A stretch of 64,000 nt of DNA from Vulcanimicrobiota bacterium (GTDB lineage: Bacteria; Vulcanimicrobiota; Vulcanimicrobiia; Vulcanimicrobiales; Vulcanimicrobiaceae). The translations under genes and the position numbers were made by a program. Below are positions 1 to 10,537 of the stretch, in pieces (the first letter of the stretch is position 1; every line of letters begins with the position of its first letter). The notes under the pieces are model-generated. The model saw only the letters and a list, made by a program, of their open reading frames with translations, did no database searches and had not been told where the DNA came from. The stretch covers positions 32,001 through 96,000 of the forward strand of contig CAWCIZ010000001.1 of assembly GCA_963795855.1 (NCBI GenBank). The letters run 5' to 3'.

Positions 1-438
1 TCGTATGCCATGGTCATCGAGCGCGACGTAGAAGAAGCCTCCGGCGAAATGGGACTCGAAGAAGCGCCGGTCGTCGTCAGCGGCGGCCGCGGGCTCGGCG
101 GTCCTGACCCGTTCACGTCGCTGCTCAAACCGCTTGCCGACGCTCTCGGCGGCGCCGTCGGCGCTTCCCGGGCGGCAGCGGACGCCGGGTGGGTGCCTTA
201 CAGTCTCCAAATCGGGCAGACGGGGAAGGTCGTCAGCCCGCAGCTGTACGTCGCGGTCGGCATCTCGGGAGCAATCCAGCACAAGGTCGGCATGCAAACT
301 GCCGGCACCATCGTGGCCGTCAACCGAGACGCAGCCGTGCCGATCGGCGAGTTTTCCGACCTCCTGGTCGTCGGCGATCTTTTTCAAATCATCCCGGAGC
401 TGACGGCCATGGTCGAAGGCGCCAAAGCCCACGCGTAA
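1..438 (+). CDS. etfA: Electron transfer flavoprotein alpha subunit (FixB/EtfA), C-terminal part, 5' end outside window
   Basis: [35 protein letters not shown] motifs of the ETF-alpha FAD domain. Confidence 0.93.
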   Translation, partial: SYAMVIERDVEEASGEMGLEEAPVVVSGGRGLGGPDPFTSLLKPLADALGGAVGASRAAADAGWVPYSLQIGQTGKVVSPQLYVAVGISGAIQHKVGMQTAGTIVAVNRDAAVPIGEFSDLLVVGDLFQIIPELTAMVEGAKAHA

Positions 439-495
439 TGATCGCTCCCCTCCGAGCGTTATTTGCGTAGCAACTTCAAGTAAGGACGAACGATT

Positions 496-2040
496 TTGAA
501 ACGTATCCTCGTGGCCGCGTCATTCGTCGCGGCATTCTGCGGTGCACTCGCGCTTTCTGCCGCGCCGGCGCACGCCGGCATCTTCGGCGGCGCCGCCAAG
601 CCGACGCCCAAAGCGAGCGCGTCGCCGACGCCGCTGCCCATGCCTACCGCCACGCCCGAGCCGCCGAACATCGCCATACCGCGGCTGGAGCAGCGCCTGC
701 GAACCAATCCAAACGATCGCGAAGCGATGGCCGACCTTGCGACGGAATTCCTCGGAATCAACCAACCGCAAGCGGCGCTTACACTCACGCAGCGTTTGCT
801 CCAACTCGGTACGAAGACCGGACAGACGCTCTTCTTGGACGGTTCCGCCCAAGAAGCGGTCGGAAATTTGCAAGCGGCGCTCGCCGATTTCGAGCAAGCG
901 TCGAATCTCGAGCCCACGAATCTCGCGGTCTTGGGCGCGCTCGCAAACTTGTACGTCAAAGCGAATCGTCCCGCGGACGCAGAGCGCGTTGCGCTGCGCG
1001 GCGTGACGTTCAATAAAGATCAGCCCCGCGCGTACGTAACGCTCGGCATCGTGTACGCTTCGGAGCAGAAATGGGACGACGCGCGAAAGCAATTCGAAAC
1101 CGCGTACGGCCTTGACGCCAAAGACGTCACGCCGCTCATGCAAGAAGCGCAGACGTGGGTGATGCAAAATACGATTCCGAACGCGCTCGCAGTCGTCGAT
1201 CGCGCGATTGCGGCGGATCCGAAGAACGTCCAGGTGCTCGTCTACCGCGCGGATCTCTACGCGAAGCAGAACGACATACCGAAGTCGGCTTCCGCCTATG
1301 ACGACGCGACCGCCGCGGCGACGACGGATGCGGAAAAAGCGTCCGTCATGGTTCGAAAAGCGCTCATGTTTGCATCAGCGCATCGGCAGTCGGACGCGCA
1401 AGCGACGTTCAATGCGGCCATCAAGCAATACCCGGCGATCGGGTCGCTGCACACGGCCTACGGGGAGTATTTCCTCAGCCAGCGCGATCAGCGCCGTGCC
1501 GAACAAGAACTGACGACCGCCCTGCGCGTCGACAGGACCGATGTGAACGCGATCGTCGACCTCGCGCAAATCAAGGAATCGCAAGGGCGTATGACCGACG
1601 CCATCGGCTACTTGAAGCAGCTCACGAACGTCGCGCCCAGCGCGCAGTCGTTTGCTCTGCTCGGCCAGGCGTACGTCTCGACGCACGACTACAAGAACGC
1701 GAAAGACGCGTGCTCGAAGTCGTTCCAAATCGATCGCACGCCGGATACGCTGGGTTGCATCGCCGGCTCGGATTACAGTTTGAAGAACTACAAGGAAGCC
1801 GCGCAGATCTTCGACGTCCTCGACAAGGACATCAAACCGTACATGGACCGCAACCCTCAGCTGCTGTACATGGCCGGCGTGTCGTACTCGCAGACCAATC
1901 AAAAGCCGAAAGCGGTCGGCGCGTACAAGCGTCTGTTGAAGATGCTCAAACCCGGAAGCAAAGAGTACAAGCAGATTCAAACGCAGATCGCCGGTCTCTC
2001 GAAATCCTCGCCGGCGCCCAAGAAGGGCAAACACGCCTAA
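496..2040 (+). CDS. Exported tetratricopeptide-repeat protein
   Basis: Signal peptide ending AHA, Pro/Thr linker, many TPR-like helix pairs (e.g. A...F..A...EP.N). Confidence 0.85.
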   Translation: MKRILVAASFVAAFCGALALSAAPAHAGIFGGAAKPTPKASASPTPLPMPTATPEPPNIAIPRLEQRLRTNPNDREAMADLATEFLGINQPQAALTLTQRLLQLGTKTGQTLFLDGSAQEAVGNLQAALADFEQASNLEPTNLAVLGALANLYVKANRPADAERVALRGVTFNKDQPRAYVTLGIVYASEQKWDDARKQFETAYGLDAKDVTPLMQEAQTWVMQNTIPNALAVVDRAIAADPKNVQVLVYRADLYAKQNDIPKSASAYDDATAAATTDAEKASVMVRKALMFASAHRQSDAQATFNAAIKQYPAIGSLHTAYGEYFLSQRDQRRAEQELTTALRVDRTDVNAIVDLAQIKESQGRMTDAIGYLKQLTNVAPSAQSFALLGQAYVSTHDYKNAKDACSKSFQIDRTPDTLGCIAGSDYSLKNYKEAAQIFDVLDKDIKPYMDRNPQLLYMAGVSYSQTNQKPKAVGAYKRLLKMLKPGSKEYKQIQTQIAGLSKSSPAPKKGKHA

Positions 2041-2066
2041 CGGGCTAGTGTGACTCTGGACACTAC

Positions 2067-3092
2067 ATGCTCGTCGTTTATGACGAACTCTACGGCGACC
2101 ACCTGCGCGGGATTCCCCATCCGGAGTCTCCCGATCGCGTCGAGGTGGTCGCCGCTGCTTTATCCCAAGGTGATGCAACCCGCGCACCCGTTCGGTTTTT
2201 GAAACCGCGCGATGCGAGCGACGAAGAGATCGAGCGCGTTCATTCGCCAGGCTACGTGGAAACGGTTCGCCGCGAAGTCGCTGCAATGCGCGGACACGCG
2301 GGCTATCTTTCCACCGGCGATACGGTGATTGACGAACATTCGCTGCAGGTAGCGCGCCGCGCCGCCGGGGGCGCAATCACTGCGGCGGAAACGGCATTCG
2401 ACGGCCGCGCAGCGGCGTTCGCACTGGTTCGGCCGCCCGGACATCATGCGGAAGCTGCAGGCGGCATGGGGTTCTGCGTGTTCAACAACGCCGCTATTGC
2501 GGCGCGCGCGCTTCAGTCGCGCAGCGGTGCGCGCGTCCTGGTGGTCGACTTCGACTACCATCACGGAAACGGCACGCAAGCGGTAAGCGGTAACGGCCTT
2601 TCGTACGTGTCGACGCACGCGTACCCGGCGTATCCCGGAACGGGCGGTTTCGGCGAAAATTACGCGCTGACGAATGCCGACGCGATCGTGAACGTTCCGC
2701 TGCCGCCGCATAACTTGGGAACCGAGGCGTTCGTCGCGCTGTGGGACGTGCTGCTCCCACGCGTTGCGGCGCACGTGCGTCCGGATATGCTGATCGTGAG
2801 CGCCGGATTCGATTACGTCGCGGGCGATCCGGTGGGTGACTTGGGCGTCGCCGTGACGGCTGCCGCGCATCTGGCTGCGGGCATCGAGCGCGTGGCTCGC
2901 ACGTATTGCGGCGGGCGGGTAGCGTACGTCTTGGAGGGCGGATACGATACGCGCGCGCTCGCGGCATCGGTGGCGCACGTCATCGATGCGCACGATGCGA
3001 AACCGGCTCGAGAGTCGAATGCGGATGCCGCCGCGATTCCGGAGCGACAGCGCGCGCTCGTCGATTCGCTAAAAACGCTGTTGCAGCGCTAA
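2067..3092 (+). CDS. Zn-dependent histone deacetylase family protein (AcuC/HDAC class II-like)
   Basis: [34 protein letters not shown] motifs. Confidence 0.93.
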   Translation: MLVVYDELYGDHLRGIPHPESPDRVEVVAAALSQGDATRAPVRFLKPRDASDEEIERVHSPGYVETVRREVAAMRGHAGYLSTGDTVIDEHSLQVARRAAGGAITAAETAFDGRAAAFALVRPPGHHAEAAGGMGFCVFNNAAIAARALQSRSGARVLVVDFDYHHGNGTQAVSGNGLSYVSTHAYPAYPGTGGFGENYALTNADAIVNVPLPPHNLGTEAFVALWDVLLPRVAAHVRPDMLIVSAGFDYVAGDPVGDLGVAVTAAAHLAAGIERVARTYCGGRVAYVLEGGYDTRALAASVAHVIDAHDAKPARESNADAAAIPERQRALVDSLKTLLQR

Positions 3093-4126
3093 GCGACGGA
3101 AGAAGCGATCCGCACCAGTTCCGCCCGCGAGATTTCGCCGACGAGTGCGAAGCGATGCGTGCCGGACGCCCACGTGAGCAGCGTCGTCGGCCCATCCTCG
3201 ACGTATTGCGCGTTGCCGGCGCGAACTTTCGTTTGGTGCACCGTGTACTTGCTCAGGTCGACCGGTGCGCCACCGGCGTTCTCGAAGAGCGAAACGGTGC
3301 GCAGGCCGTCCGAATACAGCACGTGCAGCGTGCGGATGCCTTTGATGTCGCTCACGTCGCCGGCGACGGGCAGAAAACCGTCGGGCAGATACTTCGGGCC
3401 GACGGCGCGGAAGCCCGCGGTGCGAATAACGGCGGCGAGATCGTTCGACGGCGCGCCGTGGCTCGGGCCGTCCAGCCGCGTGTAGCCGGCGTTCGGGAGA
3501 TCGAAGAGCTGCGCCGGAATAGCATTGGTGTAACTGATCTGCTCGAAACGCATCTGATGCGCGACCGAGCCGCTCGCAGCGTATTTTTCTTTGAGCAGCA
3601 CGAGTTTGGTCTTCGCGTCCACCGCGATGCGCATCACGGTTTCACCCGTGAATTTGTTGACCAGGAGCACGTCGACCGCGCGCCGTCCGGCGACGTTGTC
3701 ATCCGAACCGATCACCGCGCGATAGTTATGCAGCAGCAAACCGAAGTTGTCGTCCATCGCGACCTGATCGTCCAGCGCGTCGTCGTGCGAGACGATGATG
3801 CGATGGGTATGCGTATCGAGGTCGTAGCTCATGTCGCCGCGGCTGATAATCGAGTCGCCGTACAGCGATTCGGGCGCCAGGTACCAGCGCCGCGTCTTAT
3901 CCGGAGCGCGGTGCTCGATGCGAAATAGCACGGCATCCGCCCGCTGCGTCCCGTAATCCGTATTCTGCACTTGGCCGACGTACGAGTATTTCGAATAGGC
4001 GAGAACGGCGTCGCGCAGAAGCTGCGTTCCGTCGCCGCGCTGCGCGTTAGCAAATCCGGTGAAGGGCACGCAAAATACGGCGCTCAGCGCGGCGGCGAGA
4101 ATCGCTGCGCGCTTAGGGATTTGCAT
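3089..4126 (-). CDS. MucB/RseB-like periplasmic sigma-E regulatory protein
   Basis: Signal peptide from MQIPKR; VAGR, LPDGF and [12 protein letters not shown] motifs typical of RseB; follows the anti-sigma gene. Confidence 0.8.
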   Translation of the reverse strand: MQIPKRAAILAAALSAVFCVPFTGFANAQRGDGTQLLRDAVLAYSKYSYVGQVQNTDYGTQRADAVLFRIEHRAPDKTRRWYLAPESLYGDSIISRGDMSYDLDTHTHRIIVSHDDALDDQVAMDDNFGLLLHNYRAVIGSDDNVAGRRAVDVLLVNKFTGETVMRIAVDAKTKLVLLKEKYAASGSVAHQMRFEQISYTNAIPAQLFDLPNAGYTRLDGPSHGAPSNDLAAVIRTAGFRAVGPKYLPDGFLPVAGDVSDIKGIRTLHVLYSDGLRTVSLFENAGGAPVDLSKYTVHQTKVRAGNAQYVEDGPTTLLTWASGTHRFALVGEISRAELVRIASSVA

Positions 4127-4643
4127 CCGCCGTGTACGAGGCGGCTTGGGCGTCCACGTTGACGGCAATTTGGTGCGTATCGACCGTTGCGGCATTTTCG
4201 AGGTCGACCGGATTGGCGGAAGTGTGATCGCTGAACGGCACGGTGCTGTTCATGTCGGCGTGATCTTGCAGGTAATACGATGCTTCGATCGCGGGGGCGC
4301 CGTGCGGTCCAAGATACGTCGTGCCGAAATACGCGGCGACGGCGATTGCCGCGGCAAGCGGCACCGCAACGGCCGGCCTTAGCCAGGAAAGGCCGCGCGT
4401 CCAAATGGCGGCTTTACCGGCGCGCACGCGCTGCCAAATTTCGGCTTTTACGGATGAGGGCAGGTCGCGTTCGTCCCGCGCGGCTTGCGCGCGCAGCATC
4501 TCGCCGAGCGCGATTTCCGCTTCATACTCCAGGCGGCACGGCTCGCAGCTTTCGATGTGCGTATACACCGAAGCATCGTCCGCCGGCGAAAGTTCGCCGT
4601 GAACGTAATCGAGAAGAATGTCGTTGGTCGGATGCTGCATCAT
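4113..4643 (-). CDS. Zinc-binding (zf-HC2/ZAS) transmembrane anti-sigma factor
   Basis: L.DY..GEL plus HIESCEPC (HxxxCxxC) and one TM helix; coupled to the ECF sigma. Confidence 0.88.
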   Translation of the reverse strand: MMQHPTNDILLDYVHGELSPADDASVYTHIESCEPCRLEYEAEIALGEMLRAQAARDERDLPSSVKAEIWQRVRAGKAAIWTRGLSWLRPAVAVPLAAAIAVAAYFGTTYLGPHGAPAIEASYYLQDHADMNSTVPFSDHTSANPVDLENAATVDTHQIAVNVDAQAASYTADANP

Positions 4644-5209
4644 GATTGTTTCTGTTGTTGTCTCTGTACTAAACGGCGTAGCAACGCTCGCGCACGGTGG
4701 AGTCTGGATCGAACCGTACCTATCGAGCAGCCCATGATTTCCGCAATTTCCTGGTAGCTGTACTCCTCGATATCCGCCAAGACGACTACTTGGCGCTGGT
4801 CCGGTGAAAGCTGCTCCAGCGAACGCGCGAGCGGTTCGCTCAGCTGGCCTTCAACGTAATCCTCGATGGGGCTGACGGCCAAAGGCCGCTCGCCTCCGAA
4901 CGCCTGCGGGGCGTTATCGTCGGGGATCTCCTCCTGGTAACGTCCTTTCTTGCGCCGAAGTTCATCCCGGTACAGATTCGTTACTATTCGATAGATCCAG
5001 GATAGGAACGAGGTCCCGGGCTTAAAGCTGCGCCAGGCGCGGTAAACGCGGATGAACGCTTCCTGGGTGAGGTCCCGAGCGTCGGCTTCGTTGTGCGTGA
5101 GGCGGAACGCGAAGTTATAGGTTGCCTTGCCGTACTCTTCGATCGCCCCTTCGAGAAACGCAGCCTGCTGCGGCGAAGGCGGCTCCACGGGCTTGCGCGG
5201 TACTCCCAT
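4640..5209 (-). CDS. ECF sigma-70 factor (SigE/SigH-like)
   Basis: DARDLTQEAF, FLSWIYRI (region 2); SYQEIAEIMGCSIGTVRSRLHRAR (region 4). Confidence 0.93.
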   Translation of the reverse strand: MGVPRKPVEPPSPQQAAFLEGAIEEYGKATYNFAFRLTHNEADARDLTQEAFIRVYRAWRSFKPGTSFLSWIYRIVTNLYRDELRRKKGRYQEEIPDDNAPQAFGGERPLAVSPIEDYVEGQLSEPLARSLEQLSPDQRQVVVLADIEEYSYQEIAEIMGCSIGTVRSRLHRARALLRRLVQRQQQKQS

Positions 5210-5329
5210 CCAACCTCGGATTTTCCCGTACCGGGGTCAGAATGCCCGCCATTCGATGCCCCGAGGGGTCCCGGCGCAGGGGCTGGTATGCCGTCGCGTG
5301 GGCGAGGCGTACCTCGCTACCATAGGGAT

Positions 5330-6247
5330 ATGGCAACGGCCGTTATGGCGTCGGACACCGGTGGCCGCAGTCCACTCGTACCGCCGTGCGTGCATCTCGG
5401 TTTTCGGCTGGGCGAAACCGTGCTCGACTTCGAGGTTGCCGATGATGCGGCGCAGCGGCTCGTCGCGGACGCGTACGCCCCGTTGCTTTGCCCGGCTTCG
5501 GGAGCGCGCGCCCGGGCGTCGCTGCGCCGGCTTTCCGACGGACGGACCCACGTGCGTTACGGGCGCCACGTGCTCTCTCCCGCACATGCCGCCGACCCGG
5601 TCCCGCTGCGCTCCGCGTACTACGCTGCGCGCGAGATCTTTGCCCGGTTCGCATGCGAACAGCCCGAAACGATCGCAGTGTACGGCGCGCTTTGCGCGAT
5701 CGGGCACGGCGCCGTGCTCGTTCTCGGACCGACGACGATCGGCAAAACGCTTCTAACGCTGCAACTGGCACACGACGGCGCGCGCTTTTTGGGCGACGAA
5801 ACGGCGCTCCTGAGCTATGCGAGCGGCGAGGTTCGCGCTTTGCCGCGGCGTCCCAGCCTTCGTGAAAGCGCCCTGCCGCTGCTCCCGCACGCGCGGATGC
5901 GCGGCGCGATTCTCCGGTCTCAAAGCTATTTCCAAACGGATCGCGGCCGGTTCTGGTACGCGCTCGATTCGGGTGCGCTGGGCGGTGTGGAGCCCAGCGA
6001 ACGGTTACACTATCTTCGCGCGGTTTGCATCCTGCGCGATCGTTCCGAAACTGCCGCCGTCCGGCGCATCGATGCGGCGGAGGGCGTGAAATCGCTCGCG
6101 CAGCGCGCCTACATGCGTCCGGCGAGTTTGGCGCAACTTGCGGTGCTGCGCCGCGGCACGAAGCGGGCGGCGTTTTTCGACGTTACGCTCGGCACGCCGG
6201 CCGAAACCAGCGAACTGCTGCTGCAAAAGGTGCGCGCATGCGAGTGA
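5330..6247 (+). CDS. HPr kinase-related P-loop protein
   Basis: Start MATAVM; degenerate Walker A GPTTIGKT followed by FLGDE; preceded by YGALC (HA-like strand). Confidence 0.6.
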   Translation: MATAVMASDTGGRSPLVPPCVHLGFRLGETVLDFEVADDAAQRLVADAYAPLLCPASGARARASLRRLSDGRTHVRYGRHVLSPAHAADPVPLRSAYYAAREIFARFACEQPETIAVYGALCAIGHGAVLVLGPTTIGKTLLTLQLAHDGARFLGDETALLSYASGEVRALPRRPSLRESALPLLPHARMRGAILRSQSYFQTDRGRFWYALDSGALGGVEPSERLHYLRAVCILRDRSETAAVRRIDAAEGVKSLAQRAYMRPASLAQLAVLRRGTKRAAFFDVTLGTPAETSELLLQKVRACE

Positions 6248-7146
6248 TACGCGCCGAGCAGCTCACGCGATCCGGCGCCAGTTCGAACGCGGCGCTCGAA
6301 CAGCACTGCACGTTCACCGCGAATTGCGAGATCGCCGGCGTGACGATGCAACTCTGCACCGACGTTCCGGAGGTCGCGCGCCTGTTCGGTTTGCGCTACG
6401 CCGATCATCCGGCATCGAAACACCCGGATTTCCGCTATTACGTTGCGACGGTGCGCGGCGGATACGCGTTCTGGTGCGCGCATGCTGCCACGTGGCGCTG
6501 GACTCAAGGGCCGCTGCCCTCCGACGCCGTCGCGTTTCTGGCGGACTGCGTTGCGCTCGCCGCGATCGTGCGCTTCGATCCGGCGCTCGTGAGCATGCAG
6601 GCGGCGTGCCTGGAATTAAACGATATCGCAGCCGGACTGGCCGGTCACTCCCCAACCGGCAAAACGACCACGCTGCTCGCATGCGCTCGCCGCGGCATGC
6701 GGATCTATTCCGACGAGCGCACCGTTCTGCGTAACGCCGTCGCACATCCGTATCTGCGCCGCAATAGCGTGCGCGCGGCCGGCGCGCGCCTGCTGCTTAC
6801 CGAGCCAGACGTCGTCGATCGCCGATTCGACATGCTGCATACGGAGCCGCAGCTTTCGCTCAAGACCTGCTTCGGCGCGGAATGTATAGCGGCACCGCGG
6901 CCGCTGCGCGTGCTGTTCGTCATCGCGGGAAGCGGATATTGCGCCGCGCTGGAAGCAATCGATACGGCCACTGCGATGCCGTCGATCATGCGCTGGTTCG
7001 ACGCGCACGGCGACATGGTTGACCGGGCAACGCGTGCGATTTCTATTTTGAACGGCGTGCAGTGTTACCGGCTTACGCTCGGGACGCCGGACGAAAGCGC
7101 GGCGGCGATGGCGTATGCGATGATGCGGATATCGCAGCGGCCATGA
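6238..7146 (+). CDS. Second HPr kinase-related P-loop protein
   Basis: Start MRVIRA; GHSPTGKTT Walker A and YSDE; C-terminal CYRLTLGTP like the first paralog. Confidence 0.62.
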   Translation: MRVIRAEQLTRSGASSNAALEQHCTFTANCEIAGVTMQLCTDVPEVARLFGLRYADHPASKHPDFRYYVATVRGGYAFWCAHAATWRWTQGPLPSDAVAFLADCVALAAIVRFDPALVSMQAACLELNDIAAGLAGHSPTGKTTTLLACARRGMRIYSDERTVLRNAVAHPYLRRNSVRAAGARLLLTEPDVVDRRFDMLHTEPQLSLKTCFGAECIAAPRPLRVLFVIAGSGYCAALEAIDTATAMPSIMRWFDAHGDMVDRATRAISILNGVQCYRLTLGTPDESAAAMAYAMMRISQRP

Positions 7147-7445
7147 AGCGAACCGCGGGCGCATTCCTGTGCGCGCTTGCATGCGACGCCGTCCTGCTCG
7201 CGGCGGTTTTTCCGCTCGCGCGCTATAGTTTAGCTGCGGCGCATGCCAGTCAGCCGAATCCCGCGCTGATCGCGACGCTGCTTTGTGCGAATCTCGTGCT
7301 CTTGTTGCTGTGCTTGTGCGCGTGCGGCGCGTGGATTTACGCGTTCTTCCAGAGCTTGCGCGCCACCCACGCGAGGGTCGTGAACGAAGCGACGGCGATC
7401 AGCAGAAATACGGTCGTTTCCAGAAGGACGACGCCCGCAAACTGA
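7143..7445 (+). CDS. Hypothetical membrane protein
   Basis: ATGA overlap with the previous gene and two hydrophobic segments, but the 3' end overlaps the convergent SCO gene by about 110 nt. Confidence 0.35.
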   Translation: MKRTAGAFLCALACDAVLLAAVFPLARYSLAAAHASQPNPALIATLLCANLVLLLLCLCACGAWIYAFFQSLRATHARVVNEATAISRNTVVSRRTTPAN

Positions 7446-8287
7446 CTGCCGCCGCAAAGTGCGACGGCGCCTGCGACAAGCGCGAGTTGAAGCCGCCCGA
7501 AGGGGTTGGACGCCATTCCCGCCATGTGCCGTGCCTGCGCGACCAACGCGCCCGGTGCAAAACTCACCGTCTGGACGATCTGCGCGACCTTTCCGTTTTG
7601 CGCGATGACGAATACTTTGTCGTTGTGGATGAAGTTCGCGTCGCTCACGCGCAGCGACGAGATGCCGAAACGATCGAGCAGCCGCGCGATCTCGTGCGGT
7701 TGGCCGGTGAGGATGGACCACGATTTCGCGTCGGCGCCGTATAGGCGTGCGTAATCGTTCAGCACGCGCGGCGAGTCGTAGACCGGATCGAGCGTAATTT
7801 CCAAGAGATGAAAGCGCGAAGCGTCCAGATGCTGCTGCATGTACGCGAATTTGGCGCTCACGGCGGGACATTCGTCTTTGTCGGGGCAGCGCGTGAAAAC
7901 GAAACTGATGAGCGCCACTTTACCATTGAAGTCCGAGGCGAGATCCACGAGCCGCCCATTCTGATCGACCAGTTTGGTGTGCGGCAGTGCAGAACCTAAG
8001 TCGATTGGAAAACCGCCGCCCGCATCGGGCAATCCGGGCACGAATTTTGCGGCGACGCCGGCGTCGAACAGCCGCCATGGCCGGGCCGAGGTATCGAGAA
8101 ATGCGTCGATGCCCGTTCCGCTCGGAAGCCGCATCGCCGGCGAAATCGTAAAGGGGCGCGTCTGAGCTGGAACCATTCGGGTAACGGCATCCGTGCGTAC
8201 GATCGTCGTGCGATCCGCGCCGGGGCCGAGCACCACGCCGTGAACCGGCACGAGCAGTGCGAGCAGCGAAAAAACCAGATGCAGCAT
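7337..8287 (-). CDS. SCO/SenC family copper chaperone with extra N-terminal (CusF-like?) domain and C-terminal TM
   Basis: LVDQNGR, FVFTRCPDKDECP, ITLDP..D, conserved His in FIHND. Confidence 0.85.
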   Translation of the reverse strand: MLHLVFSLLALLVPVHGVVLGPGADRTTIVRTDAVTRMVPAQTRPFTISPAMRLPSGTGIDAFLDTSARPWRLFDAGVAAKFVPGLPDAGGGFPIDLGSALPHTKLVDQNGRLVDLASDFNGKVALISFVFTRCPDKDECPAVSAKFAYMQQHLDASRFHLLEITLDPVYDSPRVLNDYARLYGADAKSWSILTGQPHEIARLLDRFGISSLRVSDANFIHNDKVFVIAQNGKVAQIVQTVSFAPGALVAQARHMAGMASNPFGRLQLALVAGAVALCGGSQFAGVVLLETTVFLLIAVASFTTLAWVARKLWKNA

Positions 8288-8294
8288 CCCGGAC

Positions 8295-8852
8295 TTAGTC
8301 TACGACGGTGCGAAGATCCGCCGCAACGTCTTTGAGCGAACTCTCCGGAACGAGCGTTTCGACCATGCGGCCATCGCGATCGATGATGAAGATGGTGTCC
8401 GTGTGCGCGATGTCGTTGCGTTGCGGCTCGACGCCGACCCCATAGGCGTTGTAGACCCGCTTCAAAGCGACCTGGGAACCGGTTAATCCGGTCGCTTGCA
8501 CGCCGACGCGCTGAAAGAATCGGCGCAACGCGGCGGGGGTATCGCGCTTGGCATCGACCGTTATCATCACGATACGAACCAGAGCCGGCGTAAGTCCGGC
8601 TTGCGCTCTGGCTTTACCTAACAATGCGAGCGTTTGCGGGCAGACGTCTTTGCAGTGCGTGAAGCCGAAATACAGCGCGACCGCCCGGCCGCGCGTTTGC
8701 GCGAGTGAGAACGGTTTGCCGGCCTGATCGATCAGCGTGAATGCAGGCGCAGTGCGCGCGGGTGCGAGCTGCATGCCGTGCAGCGGCGCGGACTTCGCGC
8801 ATGCGGCCAACACGACGAGCGCCGCAATTGCCGCGCGAACTCGCGAGCTCAT
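8295..8852 (-). CDS. SCO1/SenC family lipoprotein
   Basis: LAAC lipobox, FGFTHCKDVCP (CxxxC), IAHT. Confidence 0.92.
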   Translation of the reverse strand: MSSRVRAAIAALVVLAACAKSAPLHGMQLAPARTAPAFTLIDQAGKPFSLAQTRGRAVALYFGFTHCKDVCPQTLALLGKARAQAGLTPALVRIVMITVDAKRDTPAALRRFFQRVGVQATGLTGSQVALKRVYNAYGVGVEPQRNDIAHTDTIFIIDRDGRMVETLVPESSLKDVAADLRTVVD

Positions 8853-8974
8853 AGCATCCTCCGAAAGCGGCCAGTTAGGCTGGCCTAATTTGCCGCTTCA
8901 GAATACCAAACTGCCGACGACGGGCGTACGCCACAAGTCGGGGGGAATGTTCCGCGAAAGCAGTAGATAGGCGC

Positions 8975-9415
8975 ATGGCAGCGCTGACGCTTATCGTCCG
9001 AGTGCTTCTCGGCGCCCTATTGGTTGTAGCCGGGGGCTTGAAGGTCGGGCACTTCGACGATTTGGCAGCCGCCATTGCGGGCTTTCGAATCCTGCCCGAG
9101 GCGACCATCGGCCCGCTTGCCGTGGTACTGCCGTTTTTCGAAATCGGCCTCGGCGCTTATTTGATTCTGGGTCTTTTTACGCGCGTTGCGGCCATTATCG
9201 CCGCCGTGCAATTCACGATCTACAGCGCGGCAATAGCCTCTGCGGTGATACGGAACATCCCGGCGAATTGCGGATGCTTCGGACCGGGGGATTCGGCGAA
9301 GGCGGACTGGCCGCACGTATTCGTCGATCTTGCGCTCGCCGTTATCTGTGCGTTGCTTGCGTTTAGCGCGCCGGGTCTTTTCGCACTCGACAATCGCATC
9401 AGGAGCACTTCATGA
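8975..9415 (+). CDS. MauE/DoxX family membrane protein
   Basis: Four TM helices, E..LG, CGCFG motif. Confidence 0.85.
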   Translation: MAALTLIVRVLLGALLVVAGGLKVGHFDDLAAAIAGFRILPEATIGPLAVVLPFFEIGLGAYLILGLFTRVAAIIAAVQFTIYSAAIASAVIRNIPANCGCFGPGDSAKADWPHVFVDLALAVICALLAFSAPGLFALDNRIRSTS

Positions 9416-9981
9416 AGAATTCCCGACTGCTGCTTTGGACCACGATCGTCATCATCATCGTGGGCGTCCTCGTCGCGATTCGCTACGCGAACAAAGGCGG
9501 CGTGAAGAGAAGTTCGACGCAAGCGCCCGTCCTTGGGACCGCTCGACTAAACCAAAAAGCGCCCGAATTTCAAACGGCGACCACGCAAGGCGTCTTCAAT
9601 CTCGCGGACGTGCACGAACCGGTATTCTTGGAAATTTTCGCTACGTGGTGCCCGCACTGCCAGCGTGAGACGGCCGTCATCGACCAACTCTATGCGAAAT
9701 ACAAAGGAAAGGTTCGTTTTATCGCCGTGACCGGAAGCCACGTTGGGATGGATCACAATTCACCGGAGAGCGAACGAGATACGATTAATTTCGTGCAGCT
9801 TTTTCACGTGCAGTACCCGGTCGCATTCGACGGCTCGCTCGAGATCGCGAAGAAGTATCTGCAGAGCGGCTACCCGACGCTCGTGGTAATCAATCGCAAG
9901 AAGATCATCACGTATCTTACGAGCGGCGAAACGCGCTTCCCCGAACTAGACGCCGCCGTAAAGCACGCGCTGTCTTCCTAA
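9412..9981 (+). CDS. TlpA-like thiol:disulfide oxidoreductase
   Basis: N-terminal TM, FATWCPHCQ, GYPT cis-Pro motif. Confidence 0.9.
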   Translation: MKNSRLLLWTTIVIIIVGVLVAIRYANKGGVKRSSTQAPVLGTARLNQKAPEFQTATTQGVFNLADVHEPVFLEIFATWCPHCQRETAVIDQLYAKYKGKVRFIAVTGSHVGMDHNSPESERDTINFVQLFHVQYPVAFDGSLEIAKKYLQSGYPTLVVINRKKIITYLTSGETRFPELDAAVKHALSS

Positions 9982-10529
9982 GAACTTTCCCAGTCCGCGC
10001 GTTTGCGGTACAAGACGTGCGGCTTGATCGGTGAATCGTCCGGAACGCGCGGATGCGCGAAGTCGGCAGCCGAGTCCCGCTGCATGCCAAGACGTTCCAT
10101 GACGCGCCGGGAGCGCACGTTGATCGCGGCGGTCATTGCGACGACCTCGGGCCAGCGCAGTTCGTCGAACGCATACCGAAGCAATGCGCCTGCGCCCTCG
10201 GTCGCGTATCCGCGGTGCCACGCCGCAACCGGCAGACGCCAACCGATTTCGCGAAGCGGCCGGAACGGCAAGTCGTACCGGATGTCATCCAGCGCCAGAA
10301 CGCCGGCGAAGCCCGGCGCATCTTTGCGCTCCATGACGAACCATCCGTAGCCGTTGCGTTCCAAGTCTTCGCGCATGCGTGCCGCCGCCTCGCGAGAATG
10401 CTCTCGCCGGGCCGGCGCGGGAAAGAATTCCATGACGCGCGGATCTTCATTCATATCCGCCCACGCCTCCACGTCCGACGGCAACCACTGCCGCAAACGC
10501 AGCCGCGCCGTTTCGATCGTTCGCACCAC
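9978..10529 (-). CDS. GNAT N-acetyltransferase, RimJ/RimL family
   Basis: IETARLRLRQW, EIGWRL, WHRGYATE, N.RSRRVMERLGM; the ORF track fuses it to the upstream gene through a frameshift. Confidence 0.88.
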   Translation of the reverse strand: MVRTIETARLRLRQWLPSDVEAWADMNEDPRVMEFFPAPARREHSREAAARMREDLERNGYGWFVMERKDAPGFAGVLALDDIRYDLPFRPLREIGWRLPVAAWHRGYATEGAGALLRYAFDELRWPEVVAMTAAINVRSRRVMERLGMQRDSAADFAHPRVPDDSPIKPHVLYRKRADWESS

Positions 10530-10537
10530 GTTCGGCG

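Noticed and set aside
3089..5209. ECF sigma/ZAS anti-sigma/RseB operon as novel
   Set aside because: A known envelope-stress architecture
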